A stretch of DNA of 64,000 nucleotides from Camelus dromedarius. Its lineage: Eukaryota. This document shows positions 51,301 through 64,000 of the stretch, one piece after another (the stretch's first letter is position 1; each line of letters starts with the position of its first letter). Location: contig NC_087447.1 in assembly GCF_036321535.1 (NCBI RefSeq), positions 35,404,001-35,468,000 on the forward strand, given 5' to 3'. Under the pieces are notes generated by a model, which was given only the letters and a program-made list of their open reading frames with translations, ran no database searches and had not been told where the DNA came from. The position numbers were made by a program, and so were the translations under genes.

Positions 51301-54300
51301 TTTTGAAGTCGATGGTTTATGCCTATTACTAAAGTCATTAATTTTTATCCTAGAATCCTTAGAACGTCAGGAATGGATGAGATCTTAGAGCTCATCTGAC
51401 CCGACTCCCTCAGATTAGAGGTGGAGAAACTGAGAACTGAAGAAGGCGAATCACAGGGAGTGATGGAAGGAGGGAGGACAGAACTCAGGTCTTGTGGCCT
51501 TGGTCCAGGGCTCTTCCCACCTTGTCACTTTCTCTCCAGAGATGAAGAGGAGATGTGGATGACTTAACTACTCAAACCTAGCGACTTGAACCAGGAATAA
51601 TAGTTCCTTCTGTACATGAAGTTCTGCTTCAGGAAAACACTGATTCTTACTTGAAATGTGTAGCCATAGGCTCCCTTAATGGATTTGCATGTGGAGTAGA
51701 AACTAGGAGATGGTGCCCCAGGACCGAGGGTCTGGAGGCTGTTCCAGGATTCATAGAAGCAGCTGCATTTCCGTTTATGATAATACAACAGTGATCATAG
51801 CTCTCATGGACCACGTTTATCACTGTGAAGTGTTTTTACCTCCATTTTCTCGTGTGGAGGTGTTAAGATGGGTGTTAGTATCTTTGCTTCCTAAACAAGT
51901 CCCTAACTGGTTAACTACTCTGCCCTGGTTCACACAGATGGGCAGAGCTAAAACTCGAGCCTGGTCTATTGTCCCCAAGCTTGCTACTCTAATTCCAAGC
52001 TGTGTGTATCTCAGAGTACTCTAGTTCATTAACTATATTTTGTTTACTCTTCAAAGAAGTGTCTTTCTCCAACTTTTCCCAGTGATTTTCCCCAAGCAGT
52101 AAGGAAGAAAATCTTGATTATCCTTGATCCTTTTTCAGGTGTTTATGGAACACTTACCTAGATGTATATAGCACTGTGCTACAGACTACAAGGAAACATG
52201 AAATCTGGAACTATCTTCAGGAAGTTTATAGTTGGATGAACATATGAAATATTAGTAGAAGAATTTTATAAATATGGCAATGAGCCAGAGGAGTGGCCCA
52301 AACGCTGAAGGCCCTAGCGCTTCAGGGGAAGGAGGTCTGTGTGAGTGAGGATGGTCAGGGAAGGGTGTGAAGTCCTTTGGGAAAGTCCCATTTTAGTAAG
52401 TGGAGAGTTTGGGACTTGATTCTGTTGCTCTCTTTGTCCTCTGGCAAGAACAAAACTCTCTGGTCCCCTTCTTCCCTTCTGGGCAATAGGAGATTGTGGC
52501 CATAATGATATCCAAGGGCCACTGCAGCTCTGACTTTCCATCCTGTAACAATAAATAAATAAAACTGGCCTAAGGAAATTATCATGGATGCATTGGAAAA
52601 TTAAGTATGATGCCGTCTATGGTGGCCTGATTTATAATGACAAAAACAAATACTTGGAAACAAATGAAATTATAGGGAGATTGGTTAAGTTAATTATGGC
52701 ACAACTGTATATTGGAATATGTAGCCATTAAATAGAATGTTGTAGAAGGATATTTAATGCAGAGGAATATGCACATGATATGCTAAGTAAAAAGAGAAGA
52801 TTATAATACATTACTATACTACAACTTCTAATTTGTTTTTTTTTACAAAAGAATGTTTGCATAGAAAAGACTAGAAGGAAATATGACAGAATATTATCCT
52901 TGATTGGTAGGATTATGAGTGAATTTTATTTTCTTTTACATTTTCTATGCTGAATATGTAATTTGCAGCCTGATTATATCCAGAAATGTTAATGAATAAA
53001 TTTTCTTGCCCCTCAGGGCAGGGAGCTGGCCCCATTGCTTCTTGTGTATGTGCCCTTGACAAATCACTTCCAGGGGCCTCAGCTGTGAGGTCGCATGGAA
53101 AAGAGGCAAGAGACTGTAGAAAAAGGCAAGAAAGCAGGGATCTATTTTTGGCTCAGTCATGAGTCAGCTTTGTGACCTCAAGCAAGTCCCTCTTGAACAT
53201 CTCTGAGCCTTGGTTTCCTCATCTGAAGAGGGGAGTTGGAGGTCACAAAAGGTCCTGTGTGCTCCGAAATATGCTCATTCCTAAAGATTGAGAATTTCTC
53301 AACTTTCTTGGAACCAGCTCAGAGGCCTCATTGGTTCCTTGAGCCTGGCATCCTTTCTTCCTCTCCTGTTCCTCTGCAGTTGGGCTCAGCCCGCTAGCTG
53401 TAAACTGATTTCTCCTGCTCCAGAGTTCAGGGTGGGATTGAATGCAGCTGAGTGGTAGGGCTCTGAGCTGCGAGGGTGTAGTAACAGCAGGACACCACTA
53501 GAGAGAAGCATTCCTTGATTACCTCCCCCTTTCTCACTGTCCTGTCTGCTCTGCAGGTGAAGAGTGGCCTTGATTTGCCTCGATTTGGTTTCAAATTCTA
53601 GACTTTTAGATTTAAAAGGACTTTGAAGATCATCCAGCAGGACTCAATTATGCTGCAGATGTGAGATAATAGAGGCCAGAAAAGGCAAGTGACCTACTTA
53701 AAGTCACACAGCTTTTTTAGGATCTGCACTGTAGGATTTAGAAGAAGGCTGCAGACAGGGCTGAGAGTGATCAGTTGAGGGTGGACAGTTCCCATGATTA
53801 TGCTGGAGTCTGAGGGATCTGCCTGTTTTGCCTGGTAAAGGGATACACCTTTACCCAGATCCTCTGGCCAGGTGCTGAGAGGCCTGGAGGTAGAGAAGAA
53901 AAGCTAGAACTGGACCCTGAGAAGCAGTGTATGGTGGGGAGTCTCATGCAAACACATGATGCTGCCCCTGTGTGTCTTCCTGTCCCTCTGTCACCCTATG
54001 GTGGTCTACCTAGCCTAGGCTCTAGGCTGTGGTGGTGCTTGGAGACTGGTTTACGGAAGACCTGCAGGTGTCCTCGTGAATGATGCCCTCCTAGGACAGG
54101 AGGGGCCCTGGCCACCTCCAGTTTATTTCCAGTGAATTTCTGCAAGCAGTGCTTACATGTTCACACGCCCTATCTTACTATTTCTTCAGGTTTGCAAGGA
54201 ATCCTGACCGTTTGTTTCCCATCTTCCAAAGGTTTTGTTTCCTTGGCCCTGGGCTGGCATTACTTTTGGTTTTCAGGGTGCCCACCAGCCCTAAGCATTG

Positions 54301-54605
54301 CGGTAAAGCAGAACTGTGTGCTCTTCTGGGAGCCAGGCAGCTGTGCGACCTTGGGCAGGTTACTTCCTCTTTTTGGACAAGGAGGTCAGGCTCTCAGCCG
54401 CAGCTGCGTCATCTCTGCTAGAGAGATGAAGTTCTGGTGTTATTTTTGGTTTTGTTTGGCAATGAATACCCATTGATCTGTAGTCCAGAGGAGTGCAGTG
54501 TGTGTCCAGCTGAAGCAGAAGCAAGATTCACCCTCTGAAGTAGGTGCATTAGAATAAGGGGCTTGTTGGGGACCTGGCCAAAGCCTAGTGCAGCTGGGCC
54601 TAGAG

Positions 54606-54623
54606 GGCCACCAGATGGCAGCA
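54606..54623 (+). promoter_or_regulatory. Candidate CTCF binding site
   Basis: GGCCACCAGATGGCAGCA closely fits the CTCF core CCACCAGRKGGCRSY; motif evidence only. Confidence 0.5.
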
Positions 54624-54849
54624 GTGGGCAGGCAGGCAGCCTTGAGGGGTAAGCCAATAGGGCCAGCATCCAGAGTCAGATTTAGCGGGGTCAGAGCTGA
54701 AATGACCCCAGAGGTCACAGGCCCAGAGAGAGGGGGTGCTACCTAAGTTCTCACTGTGAGTTAATACCTGATTATCTCCTTACTTGTTAGAAGAACTGAG
54801 ATGGGTTTGGCCTTTAGCTGGCTGTCCCACAGGAAGAGCCAGGAGGCAA

Positions 54850-54888
54850 GGGCCTGGGCCCTGGGCCCTGGGCCCTGGGCCCTGGGCC
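54850..54888. repeat. (GGGCCCT)n heptamer repeat, about 5.5 units
   Basis: gggcct gggccct gggccct gggccct gggccct gggcc. Confidence 0.9.
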
Positions 54889-57800
54889 AGTTAGCCACGG
54901 GTGGGAAGAGAAAGGGACAGCAGTTAACTGTGCCTTGATCCCGGTTTCTTTGAGCCTCTGGTCCTAATGATTTCCACCCTCCCACCTGCAGTAAGGGCAG
55001 CGTCCATTGTCTTTTCTGCTCCCCTCCTGTCTGCCCAGTCCTTCTCTAGTTCAGGGTCCTCCCATCAGGCTGTGCCATGATGGAATCTTCATTAAGGGTC
55101 ATCTCAGAACCCTGCAGATGGACAGGCCCAGGGCCTTGCCAGAGGCACATTGCAGTAAGTTAGCACAACTGGTTGAACAGAAATTTTTTTTTTTGAATTT
55201 CCATGGGGGTCAGAGTAGGGCAGGGAACCAGTCTTTGCCAAGCACTTACCATATACTGGGTACTCTGATAGCTGCTGCCATTTATATAAACCTCATAATC
55301 CTCTGAGGTAGGGTTTGTTTCCTTTGAAGTCCAATGAGGAAATTGAGGCTCAGAGAGGCTGAGTGGCTTGTCTAAAGTAACACAGCTAGTTAAGCCAAGG
55401 AGACACTTGAACCATGCTTTGTTTGATGTCAAAGGTCATAACTCATTTCATTTCCTCACGCCACCTCCCCACAAAGTGACTGCGGTGGAAATGTAGCAGG
55501 TGACTCCCAGGCTATAGAGCAGGGAGGAACAAATATTTTCCCCTCTTCTTTGGAGAAAGCTTGTGGGGCAGTAGTGGTGGTGGGCTGCGGCGGGGAGGAG
55601 GCCTTTGAAGCAGTAAAGGGCAGGATTTAGGGAGCAGGTCAGAGAGCGGTGTCTGGTGGTGGAGAGCCTTCTGAGAAGAGGGCAGACACCTTTCCTCTGT
55701 GTGTCGGTACCCCAGCAGCGCCCTCTGCCAGGAGTGCTCTTCTCCCTGATCCCTTTGTAGCTGCTGCCACACTTCCATCGCTTTCTGCCCACTGCTACCA
55801 CTCATAGAGGCCCTCCCTGCCCACCCCCCCGCCATGGGAAACAGCCACCTCCCCCTGTCTCGGACACACTATTCCCTGCCTGGCTTTATTTCCACTAGAG
55901 CAGTTTTCACTGCCTGAAGCCATAGTATCATTATTTATTTACTTATTTGTCATTGCTCTCCCCTCAGTGGGAGCGAGCCCCACAGAATTAGGGGCTTGGT
56001 AAGTTTTACTCCCCCAGGTCTCCCCGGCTTAGAAGAAGGGCTCAGTGAGGCTCAGCTGCATGAAGTGGCTGGGGCTCAGATGTGGGAGCTACACCATTTT
56101 CATTTTCAGGAGACCAGCCTGTGGCCCTGCCTTCTTCACACTGTCTTGGAGATGCTCGGGGCAGAGAGAGTTCAGCTCCCTGAGGCTGCCGGTGATGCCT
56201 GGTGCCCCCGGGTTGGAGGGCCAGCTCTCCCCCTGCATGTCTGCACAGCCTCACCTTGGGGCCTCGGCTGCCCCATCTGTCCACAGCGGGTCAGGGCATC
56301 AGCCACGTGGTGAGCTCACAGGATGGTTCTGGGAGGTCCCTGGCAAAAGGGCCGAGTTTCCATTCAAAGAACCCTCCTCCTCTTTCCTGGTGGGGATTGA
56401 TTTGTTCCAGGAGCTCTCTGAAAATGAGCATTAAGTGACTGGCCTGTAATTGCACCATCATTTTTAGGTTCTTGACAGATGGCTCTGTGCTTGCCCTTTC
56501 TCAGGGGACCTTGCCTGTCTCACGGGAACTCTCAATAATCATAGTGACAGCCAGTGCCTTTAAGTGCTCTCGGATGTGTGCCAAGATGAATGTGGCCCAT
56601 TTTGAGGAATATTGGATCAGCTTTTTCCTAATCTAAGAGTGACTTTTTACCTTAGGAGGAAGACTGATGCAGCCAAGAGTCCTGAAGAGCCAGCTTCAGA
56701 CTCTAATTTGGCTGCCTGTTGGCTGTGTGATCTTGGGCAAATCATTTAACCTCTCTGGGCCTGAATTTCCTCATCTGTTAAATGAGCAACATAATCCCTG
56801 ATTTGGCTGCCTTGCGGGGACATAGTATGCCATTCACTCATACACATATTCCTTCATCCTTTCACTGTTATTCAGCAAGTATTTCTTGAATAGGCTTAGA
56901 TGAGGGAGGGCATTCCAGGCAGAAGGAATCATGGAAACAAAGGTATAGAAGTGGAAACTGCACCCTGTTGTAGTTTTGTGTAACATGGGACCAGATAGAA
57001 TCAGAAGGGACTGGAAATACTCAAGAAAAACAGGCATGGGTCCTTATTGAGGCTTTATTCTGTGAGCAGTGGGAGGAGCAGCTGCAGGTTTCCGTGGCAG
57101 GGGGTGAAGGGTTTGGGGGTGTGGGGTGGTAAATATGAACAAGGAAGGAAGGGCGCTGCCTCAGGGTGGCTCTGACAGGCTGCTTTCTGCTCAGGTCTCT
57201 CTGTGGCTGATTTTGAGGTACTCCGGATTCCCTGAGGGGGCCTCTCCCTGGTGAGCTGGGTGACCACTAGAAAGCATGAGACTGGTGGGGACTGGAGTTA
57301 CCTGGCTCGTTGGCCTGCCCTTTCGGGGGCCGTCTCGGGCCACAGGAAGATCATGTTGCCTTCCATCTTGAAGCATTTCTTAAAAGCCCGAAGATCAGCT
57401 GCTTCAGGGTGTCCCCACTCCTCCCTGAGGACACAGAGGGTGTGGGGAAGTGTTACCCCGTTTATCAAGGATGTACTATGTGCGTTTTGCCAGGGCTTCA
57501 CAAAATCAAATCTACTTAATCCTTACACAAAGTTTACCGAGCAAGGGTCCCTCCCATTTTATGTATGAGGAAACTGGGGAGAGGTTATGAGACACGGACC
57601 CCCCTAGTTACTTGGCCTTACCTTGCTCAGTGTGAAATGGAGGCCAGGGCGTCACCTTGTCAACTCGAAGGTGTTTTGAGAATCAAGTAAGATCCTGGAA
57701 TGTGAAAGCACTTTGTACACTGAAAATTGCTGTGTGCACAGGCAGTGGGTAGTTGACAGTACTGCTTCCCAACGGAACTATCTGAGGTTTGCTTGGGCCT

Positions 57801-60800
57801 CTCTTGCCTGGGTGATAAAAGGTTCTAACCTCTGGTTTCTTCTCTGTGCACCTTCCTCCAGCCCACCCCCAGGTCAGGGGCTCCACTCAACACTTTGCTC
57901 CTTTAGCCCACAAATATGAAGGCACTGCTCTTCGTCAGAAAATTAACCCTGCAGTACCACATTAACAACAAAGTAAGCTTACCTGTTTGCCATTTTGGTG
58001 AAAACAAGTAAGAAGTCATGGAATTTTAATGCTGGAAGGGACCATCTCATCCTTATTTGAAATCTGAGGAGACAGAAGCCCAGGAAGACAGTCCCACAGC
58101 CAGTGGACGCAGAGCCAGGATTAGAACCCAGGGCCCCTGACCCAGGGCCTTTCCACTGCCTCGCAGCGCCCCTCCTAAGAAAGACTTCAAGTGCTTCGCT
58201 TCCTTTGTGGAGGAAGAATCCAGTTTAATAAATTTCATTACACCAGGCCGTTTATGTAACAGGGCTGTTTCCGGGTCCTGGCAGATGGTCCATAGTAACA
58301 GTGCTTTGCTGATTTGGTTGGAGCTGATCCTATGAAAGGAAAAATCCTGTGTTAGCAGATGCCTTTCCCAGTCCCTGGCTGTGGAAAAGTCAGCCTCTCC
58401 AAGGAAGGCACTGTAGCATTGGTGCTCACCGTCTGGGACTCAGTGTGAACACCACAGAGGTCGTCTTAAACCGGGTCAGGTTTTTACATTGGTGACTTGG
58501 AATTTCTTGGCAGGTGGGGTGCTTGTAAAGGATGTTTCTTCTGGGGCCTGAGGGACAGATGGGAGCAGGGAGCAGAGTGGGAGGGAGCTCAGATGTGGAA
58601 GAGAAAGACAGGCTGTCCCACTGTGGATCTGGCCTGGGGGCCCTTCACCCCATGGGGTCTTGAACCTCCAGATGAGCAGCTGGAATGTACCTGCAGTGCT
58701 TGTCACACCACCCACCAGCCTTGACAGTGATTCCCAAGCCTCCCTGGCCCCTTTCATTGAAATTACTGGGACCTCAAGACTCCTGATTATCTTCTCTTTC
58801 CTGGCGGTTGCTTGATCGTAACAGGTTCTCCTTATGGCCTCTTCTGGCAATGCTCCTTACTGCCGCTGCTTGATGCCAGTGGCAAGTCCCCAGACTACTG
58901 ACAGTGGGTGGACGTCACTTCCACGGACTCTTTCTGACCTCGTTGTGCTGCTGAGTTCTCACCCTTGCAGGGTCCTCACACTTGGGGGTAGGGGAGGTCC
59001 CCCCACCTGTGAGGGTAGTTCTCTTAGGTCCCACCCCTCCGAAAGAACCTGGGAGAGTTCCCAGGGGTAGAGTTAGAAGAAATTTGAGAAACACCATCCA
59101 GAGACATGTCCCAAGACGTTCTCACTGGTTGGTCACAAACTGACCTCCCAGGACAGGCTCCCTCTCCTCCTTGTGCCTGCCCCTGGGTGAATTATTTGCC
59201 TACCCAAAGATCAGGGGCAACCTCTGTCTGCTTGAAGATCTTAATCTGGGCCTCCCATTAACTGAAAACCAGTTTCTCTTCAGAAGCCAAGGATGCAGAT
59301 AGTATTGTGGGATCTCTTGGAGTTTTGGAGGTGGGACCCTGGCTTCCTAACATAACAGCTTCAATATCGTGGTAAGCTTTGTGGGATGTACTGGCTCCAG
59401 GAAATGGTTAGTCTCTGCTTCTGCTGGGCCTCAGGATGGTCTGCAGGGGGTGCTGTGTTCCCACAGCCAGGTGCTGGGATTTTACCGAAGGGACTCAAGC
59501 AGCGCCTCTCTGCAGGCCCAGGCGTGCTGGGGAACTGCGGCTTTCCCTTGGCTGTGCCCCGTCTCCCAAGTCTCATTCCCAGCTCCAGCCTCCAGCTCAG
59601 GCACTGTGAGTCATCGTCATCAGTGGAAAACTCGGCCTCACCAACAGCTGGGCGCAGTGCTTGGCCTTTTTTCTTCTTCTTTTTTTGTAACTTCACAGAG
59701 ATGGAAACTGCTGATGATCTTTTGCTAAAGACAGTAGCTAAAGATGAAGTCCAGGGCTGGGGATGGCATTTCTAGGTAGGGACCAGGAGAGCCCTGAGGA
59801 GGTGGGGGTGGGCTGTGTGTCTTTCAATTACCCCATCCTGGGCCTTCCAAGAAGCCATGTTAGGGAGGCAGGCAGTGAGGGGCCGTGCAGACCTCACCTG
59901 TCTGTTGTTTTCTGCCACGGAGCCCAGGAAGCTTAGCTGATGCAGGTGGCAATGGAAGCTTTGAGAGATTGACTGGGATTTTTCTAGAAGAAGTTGTGGG
60001 TAGAATGTACTAGAAGTCAGAGTGACCTGGGTTCTAGTCTTGCTTTGCTTCTAACCCACTATTTGACCTTGGGTAGGTTGGTGAATTTCCTTACCGGGCT
60101 GCGCTTTTCCCGGCTGAAGAAGATGGTGGGGTTAGAGTACTCTGAGGTCCCTTCCTGCTCTGATGGTCTGTGCGTCTGAACTGAATGTAAAATTTTGAGC
60201 CTTGGTCCCATAATCATCTTGAACATCTGAGACCTTTAACTGTTTCTCCAGGTGAGCAGTGCTCACTGCATAAGGGGAATCACATGGGTACGATTCCTAC
60301 TCTCCAAGAACTTCCCATCTTCCTCCCTCTTCTCCCCCAGCGAGGCCGTGGGCCGTCTACTGGGAAGCAGGAAACTGGGATTCTCCTTGTGGCTCTGCCA
60401 AAATATGCTGTGTGTCCTTGGGCAAATCCCTCACCTTCTTCAGCCTTGTTTTCATTTTCCCTAAAATCAAGGATTAGACTCACTTCTTGGCTTCAACTCC
60501 CCCTACTCCCTCCTGCTTCCCTCCCCACCCCACCCCCACCCCCAGCCTCCTTGCTTTTCTGCAGGGTGTGATTCTTAGCTGCAGAAGCCCTGGGGTATAG
60601 TTTCCTTCCTTGCTGGGAGGGAGAGAAGCAAGATTATTTTTTTAATTACGCAGCTAAGATTAGGCAGCAATCTACATTTTAAAATGTTATTAATAAGAGT
60701 CTAAAAGTGTGCGAAGAAGCTTTGGAGTTTGAATGTGAAATGAGTTGAGAAACATCTGCAGAGGTACTGGCCTCCATCAGGGATTATTTTTCCTCTGGGT

Positions 60801-61659
60801 GCCAAGTTGCTGCTAGGTGTGACTAGCAGCTTGACATGCCACTTGGCCTCTGGAGGTGCAGGAAGCCCGAGCACTCGGCCAGAGCAGTCCCTCAGAGGAG
60901 GGGCTCACGGTCCAGCCATGATTGTCTGCAAACTGGCTTTAGAGAAAGTGATTGTCATGATATTACGAGCATCTCTATTTAGAGTTTATAAAGTGCTTTC
61001 CTGTTTATTGTCTCCCTTTTCATCAAAGTCCTGAGAGGTGGTTAGAGCAAGTCTCATTGCCCCTTCTTGACTTGGTTGAGGTCTCTTAAGTGTAAGATTC
61101 TTCCTTTCGGAAAGGTGTGCTATGGAGGGAAAGCCCCAGACTGGAAGCGGGACTGGAGCCTCCACCTCCCTCACCAGCTTTGCCTGCCCCCTTTCCCTAC
61201 TTTATATTTTTCTACAGCACTTAATGTCATTTCCCATGGAATATGTTTTATGTGTTTTTTGTCAGTTGTCTGTATTCCTCGCAGTAGAATGTAAGCTTCA
61301 CCAAGGAAGGGAGTTGCATCTGTTTCATTCACTGCTGTGGCCCCAGCACCTGGGACAGCATCTGGTGTGTGGAAAGTTCAGTAACTATTTGTTGAATATT
61401 GCGGATGCCTGGCTCTGTTTCTGAGTAGTCTGCCTGACTTGGAAGAGTTATTTATTTGCTTCAGTTTTGTTTTCTTTTTGGGGAGTTGGGTGGGATGGTC
61501 TCTGAATTCCCGGGTGGCATATAAAAGTCTGTGGTAAGAGCAATGTCTGTAACTGTTTTTTCTTTCATCAGTGAGCACCTGCTGTGGGTCAGGCCCTGTG
61601 CTAGGTGCTGTGAGGAATTCAGACAGAATAAGGCAGGAACACTCTTCTCCACCCTTTAG

Positions 61660-62037
61660 TCTATATGATAATTCTATGTGTCACCTTGACTGGGCCATGC
61701 GTGCCCAGATATTTGGTAAGCATTACTCTGGGTGTTTCAGTGAGGGTGTTTTTGGAGGAGATTAACATTTACATCGGTAAACTGAGTACAGCATATTGCC
61801 CTCCCTGATGTGGGTGGGCCTCCTCCAATCAGTTGAAGGCCTGAAGAGAACAAAAGGCCAACCCTCCCTGAGTTAGAGAGGATTCTCCTGCTTGACAGCC
61901 TTTGAACTGAGACCATAGCTCTGCAGATTTTGGGCTTGCCAGCTTCCACAATCATGTGAGCCCAATTCCTTATAATAAGTCTTGGTCTGTTGAAGCTTTT
62001 GGTTCTGTTTCTCTCAAGGAGAACCTTGGCTAATACA
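61660..62037 (+). mobile_element. ERVL solo LTR (MLT2-like)
   Basis: tatgtgtcaccttgactgggcca..tgcccagatatttggt..gtgagggtgttt..gagattaacattt..ccaatcagttgaaggcctgaa..ggttctgtttctct..gagaacc..ctaataca. Confidence 0.8.
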
Positions 62038-64000
62038 GTGGACAATGTAAGGCATGTCATCAACTGATCTTATATTTGGCAGCATAGAATAGTTGTTGGA
62101 ACAGGGGTACAAGTACCATGCCAGTAGCTCTGAAGGCAGGCATGGCTTGTTCTGACTAGGGGATCATGGAATGCTTTAGGAGGCAGTGGCATTTGAGCCA
62201 GGTCCTGAAGGGTGAGAAGGAGTTCTGCAGGTGAAACAAGCAGGCCAACAAGCAATACAGGCTGGGGCACAGCATGACCCAGGGGCCTGGGAGGAGGGAG
62301 GTGGAGCATGCCCTTAGTAGAGGGGCAGTCATCCAGCACTTTGGGAACACAGGTGTTTGGAGGGAGGGACTTGTGGAAGGCAAGGGAGCTAAGCACACCG
62401 AACAGTCTAGGACTGGGGCCTCCTAAGATGTCCTCACCAGGTTTGGAGAAGAAACCATTCCTCCCTGCTTTTGTCTGGGAAGCTCCAACCCTGCGTGATG
62501 TAGACGTCCTGCAGCTGGTCTAGGGGCTGGCTCCTCAGGTGCAGTCTGTCTTGCCTTCTCTCACCAGTGCCTCCAATTTGACGGCGAATAAAGTCAGTGG
62601 TGAAAACAGAGCAGCCGTGTGGAGTACCTGGCGTGTCTTGGGACTCTGGTCTTTGTTGTCCAGGCGGAGGACGAAGCTCACCTCGTGAGCTAGCCGGCTG
62701 TCTTTGTGCCCTTTGGCCCACACACATATACCTGTGACTCTGAACAACCTCTGGAAGTCCTTGGGAATGTTCACTTTTGAAGAGGCTGTGGGAGCCAGTG
62801 AAGAGTGGAGCTGGGGTCATGCAGGCTGGTGCATCCTCTGCAGGGCAGTGACTGGGAGCACCGACTGTGGGCAGCTGTAGGCTCTGAGCCCGGGGTTTTG
62901 TCTCTCTCTATGCTTTCCTCACCTGTAATTTTAGGATTATAGTAATATCTTCTCATGAGGTGTTTCTGTGGATTAAATGGGACAATCCATGTAAAGAGTT
63001 AGGTGTGAAGTAAGTGCTCTCAAAATATTAACTGTTGTTGTTATTATTGTTGATATTATTATCATAATCACCATCATTACTGCAGCTTTGCCACTTACTA
63101 GCTGTGTGATCTTAAGCAAGTCATTTAACTTTTGTGACCTGTTTCTTTTTCTGTAAAATGAGGTTCACACTAATCATTCAGAGTTGATTAAATTATATAA
63201 CTAATTGGTAGTGCCTGTAAAATAGAGTTTTACATAGTCAGCTCTCAGTAAATTCTTCCCAGCCCGTCACGTTTTTGTTCACTCTCTTTGCAGGCTGCTG
63301 CTTCTCTTTTTAGTTGGACAGCTCATGTTTGGAAATTTTATTCCTGTATTAACTAAAAAAATTCCAAACCTTTTGTTGTATGATATCGTTCATGATATGG
63401 CTTTGGAGACTTGGGAAATTTTACCAAAAAAATCCCCAGGATATAGAGCTAAATTCCTAGTTTAAAAAATTGTTAACCATATTAGTGGTCTTTGGTATTA
63501 GATAGATATTTTATTTGAAGACTCTGGTTTGGCATTCCAAAGGTGCCAAAAAATTAGATAGCACACTTCATTCTGACACTGAAGGTTTTCAGACATCATT
63601 AGTAAAGTTTAGACCAGGAAGATGCCTTAAAGATCATCCCTTCCAGCCCTCTTATTGCATGGATGGTGAAAGTTGGCCCCTAGAGGAGAAGGGACATGTT
63701 CAAAGTCATGTAGCCCAGGAGAGAAGCCAGGATTAGGATCCAGGTCTTATGAGTTTCCGGTCAAATCTTCCTCTCTTCTCCAACTCATTTCATCTGTCTT
63801 CTGCATTGCTCTCATCTACTCTCTTCCTTTATTCCCCTAGTTTAAATGTATCGTGTCATGTGATGCAATGTGCCAGATACTATACTCAAATCTACAAAAA
63901 TCCCAAAATCCAGTGGTGAAGGCTTCAGTGCTCTTCCTCTTCTTTATCAGTAGAGTCATTGGTAGGTGAGAGTTGGCAGAGAAGATCTGACAAATTTGTA

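Noticed and set aside
45543..64000. Further SERGEF exons or a nested gene among the many 60-130 aa ORFs
   Set aside because: None shows RCC1 motifs or recognisable protein similarity; ORF density fits GC-richer intronic DNA

Overview
Mammalian genomic DNA, very probably camelid (camel/alpaca/llama), judging from three copies of a tRNA-derived SINE resembling the camelid Vic-1 family. It holds two tandem genes on the + strand. (1) TPH1 (tryptophan hydroxylase 1): the end of the first coding exon (1-60) plus nine further coding exons to the TGA at 14297, all with GT-AG boundaries and consistent phases, then a long 3'UTR with a probable poly(A) signal at 17010. (2) SERGEF (DelGEF, RCC1-like beta-propeller): a CpG-island promoter and coding exons 1-8 (21618-45542); the gene continues beyond the window in a long intron. 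The remainder is intronic/intergenic DNA with L1, L2, MIR, MaLR/ERVL/ERV1 LTRs, hAT/Tigger fossils and microsatellites. Repeat family names are from memory of consensus sequences, not a database search. Nearly all ORFs in the track are noise or overlap these exons. I found no convincing new gene or new biological system. The best leads are regulatory: a 33-bp GC-box VNTR directly upstream of the SERGEF ATG, a solo ERV1-type LTR with TATA box and poly(A) signal about 1 kb upstream of SERGEF, and inverted SINE/L1 insertions bracketing SERGEF exon 4.
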